Source: a virus. From it: a DNA stretch of 64,000 nucleotides. The notes under the pieces were generated by a model. That model made no database searches. It was not told where the DNA came from and was given only the letters and a program-made list of their open reading frames with translations. Where the stretch lies: positions 48,038 to 112,037 of the IMG/VR virus record IMGVR_UViG_3300036893_000013. One strand, given 5' to 3'. Made by a program: the position numbers and the translations under genes. Of this stretch, positions 29,556 to 38,804 are shown one piece after another; position 1 is the first letter of the stretch; the number at the start of each line of letters is the position of its first letter.

Positions 29556-30270
29556 TGACTAATTCCTTTTCATCTATTTCTTTTTGCTGTCTAGCTAACT
29601 CTCGCTTAACTGGGAGACTATCTTCTGGCAGGGTGTGAAATTTATTTTTAACGTTGTCGTAATGAGCACAAAGAATTGCCCCGTGCGCTTTGATCTTAAA
29701 GCCTTTTTCTCTTACGGTTTTGCAGAAGTAGATATCTTCACTTACAGCGGTTAAACAATTATCCCCGTTGGCGTCTGGTTTGTACCCCTCTTCTGTTCTG
29801 AAGTAGGGAGCTTCTAGACTCTTAAAGACATCTGTATTGATCATCATACAGCCTGCGCCTGCGGAATCTATATCAAAAATCTCGTTAACTCGCCAGTCAA
29901 GAAAAGCTCCAGTTCCATTATCTCTATAAATTACCGGAGCAGGGGAGTAAGTTTTTGTACAATAAATTCCTGTCGCAACCATTACATTTTCATCAACGCC
30001 ATTGTCGAGAATATGACCTAAGCCTTGAATTGTATGTCTGGGAATGAGTACATCATCATCTAGAAAGAATAAGTATTTACAATTCTGTTCTAGTGCGGTT
30101 TTGACGATAGTGTTTCTCGCTGAAGTTATATCTTGACCTTCTACACAAATCACTGTCTGAGTAGTGTTTACGGGAAAATCTACTGTCTTTAGTGCTACTG
30201 CCCACTTGGGGTGAACCAATCTTCCGCCAAAAGGCAATCCAATTGCAATTCCTACTTGTGCCATAATCAA
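29548..30270 (-). CDS. Glycosyltransferase family 2 (GT-A fold)
   Basis: ARN..V, LFFLDDDV (DxD), GAGCMMI, SEDIYFC, H. Confidence 0.85.
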   Translation of the reverse strand: MIMAQVGIAIGLPFGGRLVHPKWAVALKTVDFPVNTTQTVICVEGQDITSARNTIVKTALEQNCKYLFFLDDDVLIPRHTIQGLGHILDNGVDENVMVATGIYCTKTYSPAPVIYRDNGTGAFLDWRVNEIFDIDSAGAGCMMINTDVFKSLEAPYFRTEEGYKPDANGDNCLTAVSEDIYFCKTVREKGFKIKAHGAILCAHYDNVKNKFHTLPEDSLPVKRELARQQKEIDEKELVNG

Positions 30271-30279
30271 TTTACCTGA

Positions 30280-32244
30280 TTACCCGATAAGTCCTGACCC
30301 TAGAATATTATCCAAGCCATCGGACTCTACATATGGCATAGGATTTTCAAAGACCTCATCTATTAAAAATTCCTCTGGCTGCGGGTTAATATCTAAGGTA
30401 CGATAACTACTTTGCCAGCCTTCAGTAAAGATCATTTCCCAAGAAGCCTTGTCTACATAATTTCTTCTACGGGCGGCTAGTTCTTCTTCTATCTTTTTTC
30501 TCTCCGCTTCCGTAGGGGGAATCATCGGGAGAAAATCCATCTGATAGCTTATGCAATCTGGGATATCATTTTTAGAACTTTTTGTAACCGGTCGAATGAT
30601 TTGTTCAATAAATCTTTCTAACTCTTTCATACCATATTCGAACTTCATTCTACCGTAAAGAATAAGAGGATACAAAGCACTGATTCTATTCTTCTTAGCA
30701 TCTTTACTGACATCAACTTTACGCCAGTATATATGTCGAACTAAATTCTTAACATAAGTATCGTCTGTCTTATCCGCTTCTGCCCATATGGTAGCTTCAA
30801 TCATTCGGATACCTAGCGAATCTTCAATGCTTATTACATCTGGATGATATTTGCAAGCGAATTGTACTAAACCTTGGGCAATAGCAACTGGAGTCGGATA
30901 ATTAGTGCAAACAATGTCAATTATGAATCCGGTTCCCTTAGAGTTCCATAAGCAAGTAGTGCCTACACAGAAGTCATTGTCTTTCTTACCCTTACCGCCA
31001 TTGAGGTCCCATGTTTGAGTAAGTCTTCCGTAAGGTGGAATATCTCTCCAATTGACCGTGTTCTTAAGGATTAATTCCCTAGTGAACATTTGCTGGGTAG
31101 GGGGTATAACATTCTGGCGCATTTGTGTTTCAAATGCTTCAGGTTCTTCCTCATAAGCTACCAGCAGAGTGTCAAAGCTGAGAACTTTAGGCATGAGAAG
31201 AACACAACCTTCTCTACCAGCTTTTCTAAACCACGAAGCTCTGGGAAGATTATATTTAACCAAGTCCATTTCAGCTTCTGGCTTAATTGTCATGGCCGCG
31301 CCAATTAATATCTCAACGCCTTTGCCGATGTTACTAATCTTTTTTTCACCAATACTGAATTCTTGGGAAGTAAATTCGCCTAATTCAGCTTTGGCTATGA
31401 TGTCTCCGTAGAGGTCTAGATCGTGATATCGAGTTCCTAATAGGTTTGTATACCCAAAAGTTCTTAAAACTTTACGGGTAATACCGTATTTCTTTCGAAC
31501 ACTTATGCACTGTTCTTCGGAAGCAGCATTTCTGGTTTCAACCGCATCATCGCCGTGGAATACTTCGAAGTGGAACCCACTTACTGAAGAGGTTACTCCT
31601 CGGGACATGATAGTAGGCTCTCTACGTTTAATCTGAAGTTTAGTCCATTGGGGACTAGAGTATTCTCCAGATGCGGGTAGGTCCTTCTCTAGCAGACAAT
31701 GTTCCGGCCAAAAGAGATTTATTAGAGTAGGTTCAGCCTCTTTTATGGTAAAGAAGCCTCGTATCTCATCTACGATAGCTGAAGCTAAATCATCCGCTGC
31801 GCTTAATACTAGAATACGTATTTTGGGGTCTAGAAGAACCCATTGAATGACATCGAAGATTCCCCATGAACTCTTTAAACTACCTCTAGGATATAAGATT
31901 AATCTTGTCTTAACCTTAGATTGCTGAGCAATAGATTTGGTGGGGTCTTTCTTCACAAACATGTCTATAACATGTTTATGGTTCTCTAACGTCATTAGGT
32001 TTTCTGATATAGGAGCTTCCGGACCACCGAAGGGGTTTGCATCCCACAGAAAGAGATTTAGAAAGTATAGACTTCTGATTGACCTATCTCGTACAACTTC
32101 CCAAATAGGGTGGGCTTGTAGAGCGGTTTCATCTTCAATTTTTTCTTCTGCTAAAGACTTCCATAAGTCTTTATTTTCTTCTATAATCTGGTAAAGATTG
32201 TCATCCGAGACTTCATCCCAATTGTCAATCTCATTTAGATTCAT
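30280..32244 (-). CDS. terL: Terminase large subunit
   Basis: Walker A PRGSLKSS, GFHFEVFHGDD (Walker B), GTRYH, nuclease TWDL...DIPD. Confidence 0.9.
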   Translation of the reverse strand: MNLNEIDNWDEVSDDNLYQIIEENKDLWKSLAEEKIEDETALQAHPIWEVVRDRSIRSLYFLNLFLWDANPFGGPEAPISENLMTLENHKHVIDMFVKKDPTKSIAQQSKVKTRLILYPRGSLKSSWGIFDVIQWVLLDPKIRILVLSAADDLASAIVDEIRGFFTIKEAEPTLINLFWPEHCLLEKDLPASGEYSSPQWTKLQIKRREPTIMSRGVTSSVSGFHFEVFHGDDAVETRNAASEEQCISVRKKYGITRKVLRTFGYTNLLGTRYHDLDLYGDIIAKAELGEFTSQEFSIGEKKISNIGKGVEILIGAAMTIKPEAEMDLVKYNLPRASWFRKAGREGCVLLMPKVLSFDTLLVAYEEEPEAFETQMRQNVIPPTQQMFTRELILKNTVNWRDIPPYGRLTQTWDLNGGKGKKDNDFCVGTTCLWNSKGTGFIIDIVCTNYPTPVAIAQGLVQFACKYHPDVISIEDSLGIRMIEATIWAEADKTDDTYVKNLVRHIYWRKVDVSKDAKKNRISALYPLILYGRMKFEYGMKELERFIEQIIRPVTKSSKNDIPDCISYQMDFLPMIPPTEAERKKIEEELAARRRNYVDKASWEMIFTEGWQSSYRTLDINPQPEEFLIDEVFENPMPYVESDGLDNILGSGLIG

Positions 32245-32351
32245 TTAACAATTTTCTTTACTGCGCCCTTCACTGCTTCCGGACTCGCACCCTTTACTTT
32301 GAGTTTGAGCTTTACTTCGGGTTTCTGCTTTTTTTCTGATTCTTTCTTCAT
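32241..32351 (-). CDS. Small basic protein (36 aa)
   Basis: MKKESEKKQKPEVKLKLKVKG..., ATGA-coupled on both sides. Confidence 0.45.
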   Translation of the reverse strand: MKKESEKKQKPEVKLKLKVKGASPEAVKGAVKKIVK

Positions 32352-32494
32352 GTCTTTTCCTTCGAAGCTTTTTCTGGTAACTTAAGTCCTTTGGATGCCT
32401 GATCGAACTCCTTGACCTTTGCTTTCCCCATTGCTTTCTTCCCGGCTGGGCTGTTCCCCCACCGCTCTTGCTTCGCTGTTTTCCAAGGTGACAT
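32348..32494 (-). CDS. Small basic protein (48 aa)
   Basis: MSPWKTAKQERWGNSPAGKKAMG...EFDQASKGLKLPEK; below ORF-track cutoff. Confidence 0.55.
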   Translation of the reverse strand: MSPWKTAKQERWGNSPAGKKAMGKAKVKEFDQASKGLKLPEKASKEKT

Positions 32495-32511
32495 TCAGGT
32501 ATCCTAATAGC

Positions 32512-32826
32512 CTACATCCCTGCTTGGGGTGCTGGTGCGGGTGCTGGTGCTGGGCCTGCCCCGGGGCTTTCTGCTCCCGGTATTTGGCCTCCGAACTGAC
32601 CCTGCATATGTTGTAGAAGACCGTCACTGTCACTTACTCCGTGAACAGCATCTGGAGTGGGAAGATCATCAGGACCTTGACCCTGATTATCAAAGATATG
32701 ACGAATAACGTGACTACCATCATCCCCATGTTCGATATGAGTATGACGAATCTTTTTACCGGACTTTTTAGGTTTAGATTTTTTGGTCCGTGTTTTCTTG
32801 CCTAGAGATTTTTCTGGGGAGGCCAT
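32512..32826 (-). CDS. Hypothetical basic/His-rich protein
   Basis: ORF track, coupled start/stop. Confidence 0.6.
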   Translation of the reverse strand: MASPEKSLGKKTRTKKSKPKKSGKKIRHTHIEHGDDGSHVIRHIFDNQGQGPDDLPTPDAVHGVSDSDGLLQHMQGQFGGQIPGAESPGAGPAPAPAPAPQAGM

Positions 32827-33023
32827 TAGCTTGAGGTTCCTCCATTATTTGAGATTGGGATAATCTCAGTCGTGTAGCCCCAAGTAATGTAGGGTTGGTA
32901 AGGATAAGGAGTGTAGGGTTGAAAGTCTTGGTTTCTGCGACCACACTTGTCGCAATACCCACAACACGGGCAAATACCGGTGCTAAGACCTTTGGAATTT
33001 TCGTTTGGAAAGGGGTAATCCAT
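32826..33023 (-). CDS. Small CxxC-CxxC protein
   Basis: CPCCGYCDKCG. Confidence 0.55.
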   Translation of the reverse strand: MDYPFPNENSKGLSTGICPCCGYCDKCGRRNQDFQPYTPYPYQPYITWGYTTEIIPISNNGGTSS

Positions 33024-33175
33024 TACTTCACCTTTTTCAGCTTAGGGTTTTTCGCTTTCGCGGACTTACTAGCCCCTCGGGAAGCAGCAGCTAAGATAGC
33101 CCCTGCGGATTCTTTACTTTTACCTTCGCCTTCAATCTTCTTCTGGATTGCGGCAAAACCGGGATGTTTATTCAT
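33023..33175 (-). CDS. Small basic protein (50 aa)
   Basis: MNKHPGFAAIQKKIEGEG...AGAILAAASR..KNPKLKKVK; TAATG-coupled both sides. Confidence 0.6.
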   Translation of the reverse strand: MNKHPGFAAIQKKIEGEGKSKESAGAILAAASRGASKSAKAKNPKLKKVK

Positions 33176-33522
33176 TAGCTTGCACTCGCTCCGCTGCTAG
33201 AGGTCCAAAGATACAGAACTGTTCCTGTAGCTGTGACTCCGGTAACAGCAAAATTCTGCCAAGAAAGTATAGCTTGGCCTGTAAGATTATCATTCAGAAC
33301 TATAGAATATGCGACGTTAGAAGTTGTAACATTAATTGGAGGATAAAGAGCTTGGCTGTTGGAAGGAAGAGTGATAGTTACTTGTCCAGCCGTAGCAGTA
33401 GACCCGGCTACAACCAGCATAAGTTTTAAAATTCTTACTCCGGAACTAACCCCTGCCGATGTTCTATAATTAGAAAAATCGGTAGTTATAACCATAGGAC
33501 CGGTTGTATAGGTATTGGACAT
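33175..33522 (-). CDS. Putative small virion beta-protein
   Basis: T/V/S-rich, coupled. Confidence 0.55.
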   Translation of the reverse strand: MSNTYTTGPMVITTDFSNYRTSAGVSSGVRILKLMLVVAGSTATAGQVTITLPSNSQALYPPINVTTSNVAYSIVLNDNLTGQAILSWQNFAVTGVTATGTVLYLWTSSSGASAS

Positions 33523-34253
33523 TATCTGAGTGCCTTATATGCCTCGGTTCCCCAGTAGAAAGGTTCTGCCATAGGCCCAACGTCCTTAAGGACGGTATAT
33601 GATCTTTTTAACCAACAACTACGTCCAACACACGGCGCAGGATATAGAAATTCGTGGGTTTTTTTAGTGATATCACCACTTAAAATATCTAAATTGCCCG
33701 TAAAATCATAGAGATTTTTGGTCGTGCCGGTAACATATTCAGAGTTTAAGTAGTCATTTAGACTTAAAGTAGTGGTTCTTAATGCACTAAATTCTTCTGT
33801 TGCGGAGCTTTCAACCGAATTAAACCCGTCTATTGTGGTCGAAAATTGCCCTAAATCGCCGGAAAAATCGTTCAAAACCCCAGAGGATTGAATTAAATCT
33901 TGATCTAAATTGCTTAGTGTATCTTCGGTTTTCCGTGCTAGGGCCTGTTCTTGGTTAAAAAAGATACTTTGATTCTTATTAAAACTGTATGCAGCGATTT
34001 CTACTTGTCCAAAAGTACCTCTAACAGTACCTAATGTTCGATTTATATCTGCTAATGTACCACAAGAAGTGGTACAATTTCGGTTTAGATTATCAGAAGT
34101 AGTATTGATATCCTTGTGGGTATCTCGTAGAAAAGATAGTAATTCGGGTTCCACTTTCTGGAATTCTATTACTCCCAACCAAAGAACAAGTGTTAATGAA
34201 AGTAAAAGAGTACTGGTAAGTGCCCCAATTGTTATTGTCAACCACTTAGGCAT
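33522..34253 (-). CDS. Single-pass membrane coiled-coil protein (possible inner spanin-like)
   Basis: Start moved to 34253; N-terminal TM, heptad-rich body. Confidence 0.5.
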   Translation of the reverse strand: MPKWLTITIGALTSTLLLSLTLVLWLGVIEFQKVEPELLSFLRDTHKDINTTSDNLNRNCTTSCGTLADINRTLGTVRGTFGQVEIAAYSFNKNQSIFFNQEQALARKTEDTLSNLDQDLIQSSGVLNDFSGDLGQFSTTIDGFNSVESSATEEFSALRTTTLSLNDYLNSEYVTGTTKNLYDFTGNLDILSGDITKKTHEFLYPAPCVGRSCWLKRSYTVLKDVGPMAEPFYWGTEAYKALR

Positions 34254-34560
34254 TAACTCTATATCTCGTACGAGCGTAGTGCAGTTGTGTACGAGCCATA
34301 CCATCGCCATGTTTATCGATGTATTCAGCAAACTCGCGCAAAGCCGTTAATTCATCGACTGGTTTCCAACGTTTCACTGTAACTTCAGGTCCCATACCCG
34401 ACATATTCAATGTACCAACTTCGATGTTATTCACAAAACCACTTACGGGAGGAAATCCAGATTGAATCTCGGGGAGTTTTACGTGCTCCTTACCGCCCCA
34501 TTCGAAGTGTTCACCTACTTCGAGGTCTTTAAAGTACAATTCTTTGTGCTCGTTATGCAT
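34246..34560 (-). CDS. Hypothetical protein
   Basis: FKDLEVGEHF; coupled. Confidence 0.55.
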   Translation of the reverse strand: MHNEHKELYFKDLEVGEHFEWGGKEHVKLPEIQSGFPPVSGFVNNIEVGTLNMSGMGPEVTVKRWKPVDELTALREFAEYIDKHGDGMARTQLHYARTRYRVNA

Positions 34561-34906
34561 TTTTAATTCCTGCTAAATTCGCTGCTTGTTTTACCAACGC
34601 AGGGTTATTCTTCATTAAATTCTCTACTTCAGTAAGTAGCTGAGGGCTGGCTTGAACTTTAGCTGCGGCTTGAGTAGCTCCACCAGAAGATTGCACTAAC
34701 GCGGCAAACTCACCGAGAGCAGCAAAAGCAATTCTCTCAATGAGTTGGACTTCAGGACCATACACGGGGACTAGTCCACTAATACTTTCAATAACTCCTT
34801 CTTGAGGAGCGATTTTAGTATCTAAAGTGGCTATTGCTTTTCCGGCAACCACTATATCATGGAAACCGGAGGCAAAAAAATGTCCTACAGAAGTCCAGTT
34901 AATCAT
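34553..34906 (-). CDS. Amphipathic helical hypothetical protein
   Basis: ORF track, coupled. Confidence 0.6.
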   Translation of the reverse strand: MINWTSVGHFFASGFHDIVVAGKAIATLDTKIAPQEGVIESISGLVPVYGPEVQLIERIAFAALGEFAALVQSSGGATQAAAKVQASPQLLTEVENLMKNNPALVKQAANLAGIKNA

Positions 34907-35304
34907 TAAGCAATCGGAATAAGGGGAAGAACAGCTTCGATTTCTTCGATCACGCCATTAACCACGGCAGTAACCTTAGTTAGGGTAGTCGCGTCTTTGA
35001 TGTGACCAGCGGTGAGCAGTGACGAAAGATTGCTTTTAACTGCATTCAGAACATTTACAATGGTTGCAGAAGCGTTGGTGCCTGCTTTAGACTGAGCCAA
35101 AAGGCCAGTCAAAGTAGCAAGGTCGGTCTGGGTTTCAGATACGACACTCTGAATGGTAGAAGCATCTGACTCTCCAGCAGTAAGAGCAATAATGCTCTCT
35201 AGCCCGGGTGCGGCAATACCAATACCAGCGGAAACGGTTTGCTCCCAAGTAGTATTCTTAACGAACTTCTTGAAAAAATTTTCTACAGAACTGAAAAAAG
35301 ACAT
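34906..35304 (-). CDS. Amphipathic helical hypothetical protein
   Basis: MSFFSSVENFFKKF; coupled. Confidence 0.6.
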   Translation of the reverse strand: MSFFSSVENFFKKFVKNTTWEQTVSAGIGIAAPGLESIIALTAGESDASTIQSVVSETQTDLATLTGLLAQSKAGTNASATIVNVLNAVKSNLSSLLTAGHIKDATTLTKVTAVVNGVIEEIEAVLPLIPIA

Positions 35305-35305
35305 G

Positions 35306-35521
35306 TTACCTCAATATCGCGGTTGAACCGATTATTACTAGTTTTGCAGTTGGAAATCTAATCCAACATTTAGGTTTTGATATATTGTCTGCGGCTAAAT
35401 CATAGTAAGTAAAGCCGATAGCTTCTATTATTACAGCTTCAAAATGTTGTTGATTAAGAGGATTCCCATCGTCTATTGCCCATATGGGGGGATTAAAATC
35501 TTCAATATATAGCCTATACAA
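35306..35521 (-). CDS. Hypothetical protein starting (TTG) directly after tRNA CCA
   Basis: Upstream part of the track ORF overlaps the tRNA; TTG at 35521. Confidence 0.45.
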   Translation of the reverse strand: MYRLYIEDFNPPIWAIDDGNPLNQQHFEAVIIEAIGFTYYDLAADNISKPKCWIRFPTAKLVIIGSTAILR

Positions 35522-35597
35522 TGGCTCGCCCCGCTGGATTCGGACCAGCATCTCCAGAATTAACAGTTCTGTGCATTGCCAGTTATGCTAGAGGCAA
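35522..35597 (-). tRNA. tRNA-Asn(GTT), T-loop variant
   Basis: TTGCCTC TA GCAT AACTGGCA ATGC A CAGAA CTGTTAA TTCTG GAGAT GCTGG TCCGAAT CCAGC GGGGCGA G CCA; G73; C at position 55. Confidence 0.85.
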
Positions 35598-35634
35598 CCG
35601 AGGGGACCGAAGCCCACCCCCGGACCCCTATACT

Positions 35635-36237
35635 TTAGACGTTTTCGAACAAGAATTCCCTGATCGTTACCGTATTAGCAGCATTACCAGTACCAAAGAC
35701 AAAGGTAGGAATGAAGGTAAGATTAGTGACGGAGAGATTAGTGATCGCGGTAATAGCTACAGAACCAGTAAATACATTATTCACATCGGACTGGAACCAG
35801 CCGTTAAGGTGGCTGGAAGTGGAATCCCAAATGAGGTTATTCTCAAACAAGAAGTTAATGGTCGAAGCGGTGGTAATAGTGTACGAAGACGAAATAGACA
35901 CCAGAGTATCGCTCGTAGTAGTCGAACTAGTACCTTGATATAAACTAACTTGGAAAGTAGTCGAAGCTGATACAGTAACTAATCCAACAATACGAATACG
36001 GAACTGACGACCATCCACACTATCATTTACATAAGTGGGAGAACTAGCCTGAGGATTTGAAGACTGGTAGTTAGGGGCAACAGCGAGGTACAACCCAGCA
36101 CCCGCAGCAAACACAGGAGAGGGAAGACCTTGATAGAGGGCGGTAGCAGCAGGAACCAAAAGTGCGGTTGTAGTTGCGTTGGTAATATTCTGCGCTGGAA
36201 GTGAAACAAAACCGTTAGAACTATTTACATTAGCCAT
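35635..36237 (-). CDS. Putative capsid decoration/virion beta-protein (paralog of 22421-23113)
   Basis: GRQFRIRIVG, WDSTSSHLNG, TIREF. Confidence 0.55.
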   Translation of the reverse strand: MANVNSSNGFVSLPAQNITNATTTALLVPAATALYQGLPSPVFAAGAGLYLAVAPNYQSSNPQASSPTYVNDSVDGRQFRIRIVGLVTVSASTTFQVSLYQGTSSTTTSDTLVSISSSYTITTASTINFLFENNLIWDSTSSHLNGWFQSDVNNVFTGSVAITAITNLSVTNLTFIPTFVFGTGNAANTVTIREFLFENV

Positions 36238-36271
36238 GATAGACCTTTTTATTATGAGATGGGGCTTTTCA

Positions 36272-36765
36272 GGCCGGAGAAGGAGGGGTCACACGGTACC
36301 CCTCAGTTATGTACATACTCGCCAGCATTGCACTGGCATTGCGAAGACGGGAATTTATGACCGGCTAACAAAATCCTCCGGCTCACATAAAACTTATAAA
36401 ACTTATAAAACTTATAAAACTTATAAAACTTATAAAACTTATAAAACTTATAAAACTTAGAACACCGGGCGTTGAGCTTATGCTTGCCCGGTAATCTTAA
36501 GTCCGATTTGTACTCCCTCGGAACCGGGGCAGAAGGATTAAAATCCCTCAAATTCTAAACTTTTTAAACTTTAAACTTTAGCTAGTTTCTCTCACGGGAC
36601 TAGCGACCCTAGTGAACGGCAGGTAGCGACTGCGCGGAGCCTGTAGTTCTAAAAACTAGCGGTCACTGGTGCTCTCAGCTTTAAGCTACACCCGTCCACT
36701 TAAGGGCGGGAGAAGAGGCGCTAATCTCTTTATCCTTCAGTCGGGTCCGCTATCTTGTGCATCTA
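36272..36765 (-). ncRNA. Cluster of unknown structured RNA modules between tRNA-Pro and 36237
   Basis: Closing stems GCCGGAG/CTCCGGC (36273-36382), ACCGGGC/GCCCGGT (36464-36492), GCTAGTTT/AAACTAGC (36581-36660), TAGCGG/CCGCTA (36657-36752) with internal hairpins; no credible CDS. Confidence 0.6.
36387..36458. repeat. Perfect tandem repeat (ATAAAACTT)x8
   Basis: Read directly. Confidence 0.95.
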
Positions 36766-36769
36766 AACT

Positions 36770-36858
36770 TGGTCGGGGTAGGAGGACTCGAACCTCCAGT
36801 GCTCTTAAGCTCCTGTTTCCAAAACAGGTCGGCTACCATTTACCGATTTACACCCTCG
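36770..36858 (-). tRNA. Atypical tRNA-Pro(TGG) with long variable arm
   Basis: Anticodon arm CCTGT-TTTGGAA-ACAGG, T arm GGAGG-TTCGAGT-CCTCC, G72/A73/CCA; variable arm AGCTTAAGAGCACT; irregular 5' acceptor/linker. Confidence 0.7.
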
Positions 36859-36957
36859 GGGCGCGACTCCCGTTACGATAATAGCGTTTGCGGGTGGTGC
36901 CGGGTTGAACAGATTTTCCATCTAATTACTATTATACTCTCTTTTATCGAAAATTTA

Positions 36958-37836
36958 CTAACTTCTAAGTTTTTTTCTCTGTAGACACGCCAAATTTAGT
37001 ATGTATTGTTTAGATACCCCGTATTCTACTGACAATTGTAGCGAGTTTCTTCCCGTATATCTTCTGAAAATTTCCTCTCTGTTCTCTCTGGATATCTTGG
37101 AGTTGGGATGCCTATTTGATTTATGATAATAAAGCATGTTCTCAGCTACAGAAACCCACTCAAGATTTTCTACTGAGTTATTACTTTTATTACCATCCTT
37201 ATGATTAACACAAGATTTGTCTTCCGGGTTAGAAATAAAATGCTTTGCAACTAAACGATGAATAAAATGTGTTTTGACAATCCCATCTTTACTTAGGTTA
37301 ACTCTAGTATATCCATAGAAATCGGGTGGTGTTTGTAATAGATAGGCAATCCCTTTTCTTACTGATATAATCTCCCCTCTAATAGATATCTTATATCTTC
37401 CATACCCTTCTATATATTTCCACTCAGAGGATATATATTCATAATCATCCGAAAGTTTCGTGGACTTTTTAAGATTTGATGTCCTTTTTATCAGCCCAGT
37501 ATCTATAGCATGTTTCATGTTTTGAGACTGTGAACACCACTCTAAATTGTCTGATCTGTTATTTTTTACATCGCCGTCTAAGTGATTAACTATCCTATAA
37601 TTAAATGGATTAGGTTTAAAGGCTAAAGCCACTAATCTGTGAACTAGGCCGAACTTGGGTTTTCCTTGTATGAAAAGACTTAGTTGTATGTATCCTTGCT
37701 GACTTGTGGTATTTAAACTTAGTTCTTTACCTTGTTTACCTTTAATCTTACCAGAACTAGAGGCTTGGTATCCCTCATACCCCGGTATATCTCTCCACTC
37801 CTCCATTAATTTACTTTTCGAGTATTTTCGGGCCAA
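36958..37836 (-). CDS. Homing endonuclease with two NUMOD4-HNH units
   Basis: EWRDIPGYEGY..VHRLVA..VNHLDG..NN..NLEW, repeated twice. Confidence 0.9.
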   Translation of the reverse strand: MARKYSKSKLMEEWRDIPGYEGYQASSSGKIKGKQGKELSLNTTSQQGYIQLSLFIQGKPKFGLVHRLVALAFKPNPFNYRIVNHLDGDVKNNRSDNLEWCSQSQNMKHAIDTGLIKRTSNLKKSTKLSDDYEYISSEWKYIEGYGRYKISIRGEIISVRKGIAYLLQTPPDFYGYTRVNLSKDGIVKTHFIHRLVAKHFISNPEDKSCVNHKDGNKSNNSVENLEWVSVAENMLYYHKSNRHPNSKISRENREEIFRRYTGRNSLQLSVEYGVSKQYILNLACLQRKKLRS

Positions 37837-38012
37837 ACGATTTTTATTTGTGTTTTTGTTGCAATTTCTTCTATTCGAAGGGAAAGTTTATCTTGGTTGG
37901 CCTCGTACATCTCTAACGCCTCGTCAAAAAAGTCAAAACATCTGTCTTGGAAGGGAAGGTTACACCCCGCCCAGCAAACAATGTATTGGACTTTTATAAA
38001 GACTTCTTTCAT
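37806..38012 (-). CDS. Hypothetical protein
   Basis: Coupled ORF. Confidence 0.45.
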   Translation of the reverse strand: MKEVFIKVQYIVCWAGCNLPFQDRCFDFFDEALEMYEANQDKLSLRIEEIATKTQIKIVWPENTRKVN

Positions 38013-38406
38013 ATCAGATTGTCTAGCGCCCCTAAACTTGCTATTCTTCTTATTTCATTCTTAAACGGCTTTCCATGACCGCAGTATGGAGAAATGTAAA
38101 TATGGATTTGCTCGTGTAGAATAGTTTGTTTAGTCAACATGACATGAAAAACGGCGGTTCCTCGGTCCAGAATAATACACTGTTGTCCTTCTGAATCTAT
38201 GCCGACTATACCGTATTCTCCGGCATCTAACCAATCCTCTTCTGCCTCCGCTTGAGTTAGTTGGGTGATTCTAAGGAGAGGCGCTGTAAGAATTCTTGTA
38301 GGAGCTAAACTATTGTTAAAATAGAGTTTATTTGTACGGTTAAAATAGTTCTGATATCGCTTGTTAGGTCGGCATCCCTTTATAATCCTTTTGCCGATTT
38401 TAACCA

Positions 38407-38407
<1 letters not shown>
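38009..38407 (-). CDS. SprT-like zinc metalloprotease
   Basis: NKLYFNNSL, TILHEQIH (HExxH), GHGKPFK. Confidence 0.75.
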
Positions 38408-38766
<359 letters not shown>

Positions 38767-38771
38767 AATTC

Positions 38772-38800
38772 ATTATACCATCTATTTCTTTATTTGTCAA
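38772..38800 (-). promoter_or_regulatory. Sigma70 promoter, leaderless
   Basis: TTGACA-17-TATAAT, 5 nt before ATG 38766. Confidence 0.85.
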
Positions 38801-38804
38801 CTAG

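Noticed and set aside
36387-36458. Possible CRISPR array, or KTY/KFY repeat proteins
   Set aside because: 9-bp units with no spacers; the ORFs on both strands exist only because the repeat lacks stop codons in those frames
36250-36770. Naming the RNA cluster as GOLLD, ROOL, tmRNA or a riboswitch
   Set aside because: No diagnostic consensus recognisable by eye; needs a covariance-model search
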